This document shows positions 56,693 through 59,427 of a DNA stretch of 59,427 nt, piece by piece. Origin of the DNA: Actinomycetota bacterium (lineage in GTDB: Bacteria; Actinomycetota; Nitriliruptoria; Euzebyales; JAHELV01); NCBI GenBank assembly GCA_019347695.1, contig JAHWKT010000004.1, positions 9,616 through 69,042 of the forward strand, read 5' to 3'. A program made the position numbers and the translations under genes. Each line of letters starts with the position of its first letter. Within the stretch, counting starts at the first letter, position 1. The notes below the pieces were generated by a model that searched no databases, had not been told where the DNA came from, and saw only the letters and a program-made list of their open reading frames with translations.

Positions 56693-56865
56693 GACCGCAG
56701 TGTTACCGACATGGGGCGGATCTGATGCGTGGTGGTCCCGGAAGCGGTGTGCACCACGGTGTGCAGGGGCGCACGCCGCGCGGGTCGGGCGAGGCTAGGG
56801 TTTGCGCGACGGCTGTCGCTCGCGCTGGGGGTCGTGAGTCGCACGACGAGAGAGTGGAGCAGGAC

Positions 56866-57885
56866 ATGGCTGACGCCCCCGCCGTGGTGGTCGAGAACCT
56901 CGAGAAGGCCTTCGGCGAGACCAAGGCGCTCGACGGCATCGACCTGCAGATCAGCGAGGGCACGATTCTCGGGCTGCTCGGACCCAACGGTGCGGGCAAG
57001 ACGACTGCGGTACGCGTGCTCGCGACGCTGCTGCATCCCGACAGCGGGCACGCCGAGATCTTTGGGTACGACGTCGTGCGACAGCCGGCCGAGGTGCGCA
57101 CCCTGATCGGGCTCGCTGGGCAGAACGCCGCCGTCGACGAGCTGCTCACCGGCCGTCAGAACCTGCGCATGGTCGGCCGGCTCTACCACATGCCCGCGAG
57201 TGAGGTTCGATCCCGCTCGGAGGAACTTCTGGAGCGATTTGAGCTCACCGACGCCGCCAAACGCGCGGTGCGTACCTACTCGGGCGGCATGCGCCGCCGA
57301 CTCGACCTGGCGGCGAGCCTGCTCAACCGGCCACGGATCCTCTACCTCGACGAGCCGACGACGGGCCTGGACCCCCGCAGCCGCGCCGACGTGTGGCAGA
57401 TGATCAGAGCGCTGGTCCACGAGGGGACGACGCTGCTGCTGACCACCCAGTATCTCGAGGAGGCGGATCGCCTCGCGGACCAGATCTCGGTGATCGACAA
57501 CGGGAAGGTCATCGCCGAGGGGACGGCCGACGAGCTCAAGTCATCCACAGGAGGACAGGTGGTCGAGGTCCGCGTGACCCGTGCCGCGGACCTCGACCGC
57601 GCCGTCGCGGTGCTGTCGAGCATCGGCGACGCGGAAGCGGCCAGGACCGACGACCAGGTCGCCACCGTCGCCGCCGAACGGGGTGTGGCCTCGGTCGCCG
57701 ACGCGGCGGAGGCGCTGCGGCGCGAGCAGCTCGACGTGACCGACCTCGCGCTGCGCCGACCGACGCTCGACGACGTGTTCCTCGACATCACCGGTCGTGT
57801 GGCGGACGAGACGCCGTCATCCAACGGCGACCGTCCCAGCGGTGGACGCGGCCGCCGCGGCGAACGGCGAAAGGCCCGGCAATGA
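56866..57885 (+). CDS. ABC transporter ATP-binding protein (DrrA/daunorubicin-resistance-like)
   Basis: The ATG at 56866 follows GAGAGTGGAG. Walker A is GPNGAGKTT, signature YSGGMRRRL and Walker B ILYLDEPTTGLD. Confidence 0.9.
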   Translation: MADAPAVVVENLEKAFGETKALDGIDLQISEGTILGLLGPNGAGKTTAVRVLATLLHPDSGHAEIFGYDVVRQPAEVRTLIGLAGQNAAVDELLTGRQNLRMVGRLYHMPASEVRSRSEELLERFELTDAAKRAVRTYSGGMRRRLDLAASLLNRPRILYLDEPTTGLDPRSRADVWQMIRALVHEGTTLLLTTQYLEEADRLADQISVIDNGKVIAEGTADELKSSTGGQVVEVRVTRAADLDRAVAVLSSIGDAEAARTDDQVATVAAERGVASVADAAEALRREQLDVTDLALRRPTLDDVFLDITGRVADETPSSNGDRPSGGRGRRGERRKARQ

Positions 57886-58706
57886 CCACGGCGACCGCTC
57901 CCACCGCCGACGCGGTGCGCACAGGGCAGATCACACTCGGCACGGCGCTGTCGGACGCGGCGACCATCACTCGACGGTACCTGACGCACATCCTGCGCCA
58001 GCCACGCCTGCTGATCTTCTCCACGATTCAGCCGGTGATGTTCGTCCTGCTGTTCGTCTACGTCTTCGGTGGCGCGCTGCTCAACAGCCCCGCCATCCAG
58101 CAGTACGGTTCGTACAAGGACTTCCTGCTGCCGGGAATCTTCGTGCAGACCGTGGCGTTCGGCGCGACCCAGACGGCCATCGCGCTCGCCGAGGACCTCA
58201 ACAAGGGCGTGATCGACCGGTTCCGTTCGCTGCCGATGGCGCGCTCCGCGGTGCTCGTTGGCAGGACCGTGGCCGACCTCGTGCGCGGCTTCGCCGTCGT
58301 CGTGATCATGACGGTGGTCGGCCTCATCATCGGCTTCCGGCCACAGGCACTGGGGCTGCTCGGCGCGATCGCCATCGTCGTCGCCTTCGGGTTCGCCATG
58401 AGTTGGATCTACGCGGTCGTCGGGTTGTCCGCACCGAACTCCGAGACGGCGCAGGCGGCCAGCTTCGTGGTGACGTTCCCGCTGGTGTTCGCCAGTGCGG
58501 TGTTCATCCCGCCGACCACGATGCCCGACTGGCTGCGTGTCTTCGCGGAGCACAACCCGATCACCCATGTCGCCGAGGCGTCGCGTGCGCTCGCGACCGG
58601 CATCGGCGACGTGACCGGCCCGCTGCTGTGGTCACTGGCGTGGATCGCCGGTCTTCTGCTCGTGTTCGTGCCGCTGGCGGTCAACCGCTACCGCAAGATG
58701 AGCTGA
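57882..58706 (+). CDS. ABC-2 type transporter permease (DrrB-like)
   Basis: The ATG overlaps the upstream TGA (ATGA). 274 aa with six TM helices and the motif RFRSLPMARSAVL. Confidence 0.9.
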   Translation: MTTATAPTADAVRTGQITLGTALSDAATITRRYLTHILRQPRLLIFSTIQPVMFVLLFVYVFGGALLNSPAIQQYGSYKDFLLPGIFVQTVAFGATQTAIALAEDLNKGVIDRFRSLPMARSAVLVGRTVADLVRGFAVVVIMTVVGLIIGFRPQALGLLGAIAIVVAFGFAMSWIYAVVGLSAPNSETAQAASFVVTFPLVFASAVFIPPTTMPDWLRVFAEHNPITHVAEASRALATGIGDVTGPLLWSLAWIAGLLLVFVPLAVNRYRKMS

Positions 58707-58756
58707 ACGTCGGTGTGGCGCGCAGTCCTCGATATTGATGACTGCGCTCCACCCCG

Positions 58757-59275
58757 TCAGGCGAGTCGGTCGATCATGCCGCGAACGTAGGCGGCCTGGC
58801 CGGCGTGCTGCATGCCGTCGTCGACCACGCTGACGAGCCGCACGCCGACGGACACCGGCGGCTCGTAGTTGTCGTCGATGATGCGATCGAGATCGTCCGG
58901 CCGGAGCGAGGCCACCACCGCGACTGTGCGCTCGGAGACCCGGTCGTGGTACTCGAGCAGCACCGCGGCGCTGGCAGGCCGCACCGCGGCGACCTGCTCG
59001 GACGTGTGGCCCCATCCGTGGTCCATGGCTCCGGCGGGCAGGCCGAAGCTCGTCGCCCAGTCCCGCTCGGTCCAGGTCTGCTCCTGACCGGCGATCTCCG
59101 ACACGTGGTCGTCCTGGATCCGTGTCAGGTGCCACACGAGCCACCCGATCGGGTTGGCCTGTGGTTCGGGACGCCAGACGAGCGCATCGACGCCGAGTCC
59201 TTCGACCGCGTCGTGCACCACTTCGGTGATTCGGGAGAAGGCATCCAGCAGCAGTCCGTCAATATCCATCGACAC
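58757..59275 (-). CDS. DinB-family (DUF664 / mycothiol-transferase-like) protein
   Basis: 172-aa ORF with NPIGWLVWHLTRIQDDH and a C-terminal HAGQAAYVRG four-helix-bundle pattern. Confidence 0.85.
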   Translation of the reverse strand: MSMDIDGLLLDAFSRITEVVHDAVEGLGVDALVWRPEPQANPIGWLVWHLTRIQDDHVSEIAGQEQTWTERDWATSFGLPAGAMDHGWGHTSEQVAAVRPASAAVLLEYHDRVSERTVAVVASLRPDDLDRIIDDNYEPPVSVGVRLVSVVDDGMQHAGQAAYVRGMIDRLA

Positions 59276-59376
59276 ACCATAGCGATGGTGCCGCGCAGTC
59301 GATCGACGGCAGTTGCGTCCGTCACGGACATAGGGACGCGATCGACGCGACCAGCACCCCGTCTGGGCACACAGTT

Positions 59377-59427
59377 CGGGGTGGTCGACCGAGGCAGGCC
59401 TATGGTCGAGCTCCGTCGACCACCCCG
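59377..59427. repeat. 13-bp perfect inverted repeat at the window edge
   Basis: CGGGGTGGTCGAC-n25-GTCGACCACCCCG. The second arm ends at the last base of the window, so the element may extend further. Confidence 0.4.

Overview
This is 59.4 kb of very GC-rich DNA (about 70 percent) whose strong GC3 codon bias, gene content and frequent 4-nt start/stop overlaps (GTGA/ATGA) fit an Actinomycetota chromosome. I call about 50 protein-coding genes. They cover central and purine metabolism (fba, purA, purD, purB), the chaperone clpB, and a reverse-transsulfuration pair (cystathionine beta-synthase plus gamma-lyase). There is also a set of acyl-CoA dehydrogenases, CoA-transferases and acetoacetyl-CoA synthetase, and two ABC exporters. 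Envelope genes include a GT2 glycosyltransferase, a methyltransferase, a flippase-like membrane protein, an SGNH hydrolase and a lytic transglycosylase. The rest are secreted peptidases (S9, M14), regulators (MerR, TetR, WYL), a stand-alone LigD polymerase domain and an MNT/HepT toxin-antitoxin pair. I see no rRNA, tRNA, CRISPR array, transposase, integrase, phage block or recognisable defence island. The most unusual signals are: (1) a high density of disrupted genes, at least nine loci with internal deletions, lost termini or frameshifts, densest at 25.2-29.1 kb; (2) two tandem 61-nt hairpin-forming repeat units directly after clpB; (3) an apparently leaderless clpB; (4) several long perfect hairpins or palindromes in intergenic regions. 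I could not identify a convincing new multi-gene system. The candidates below carry modest scores, and all family assignments come from reading motifs by eye, not from searches.
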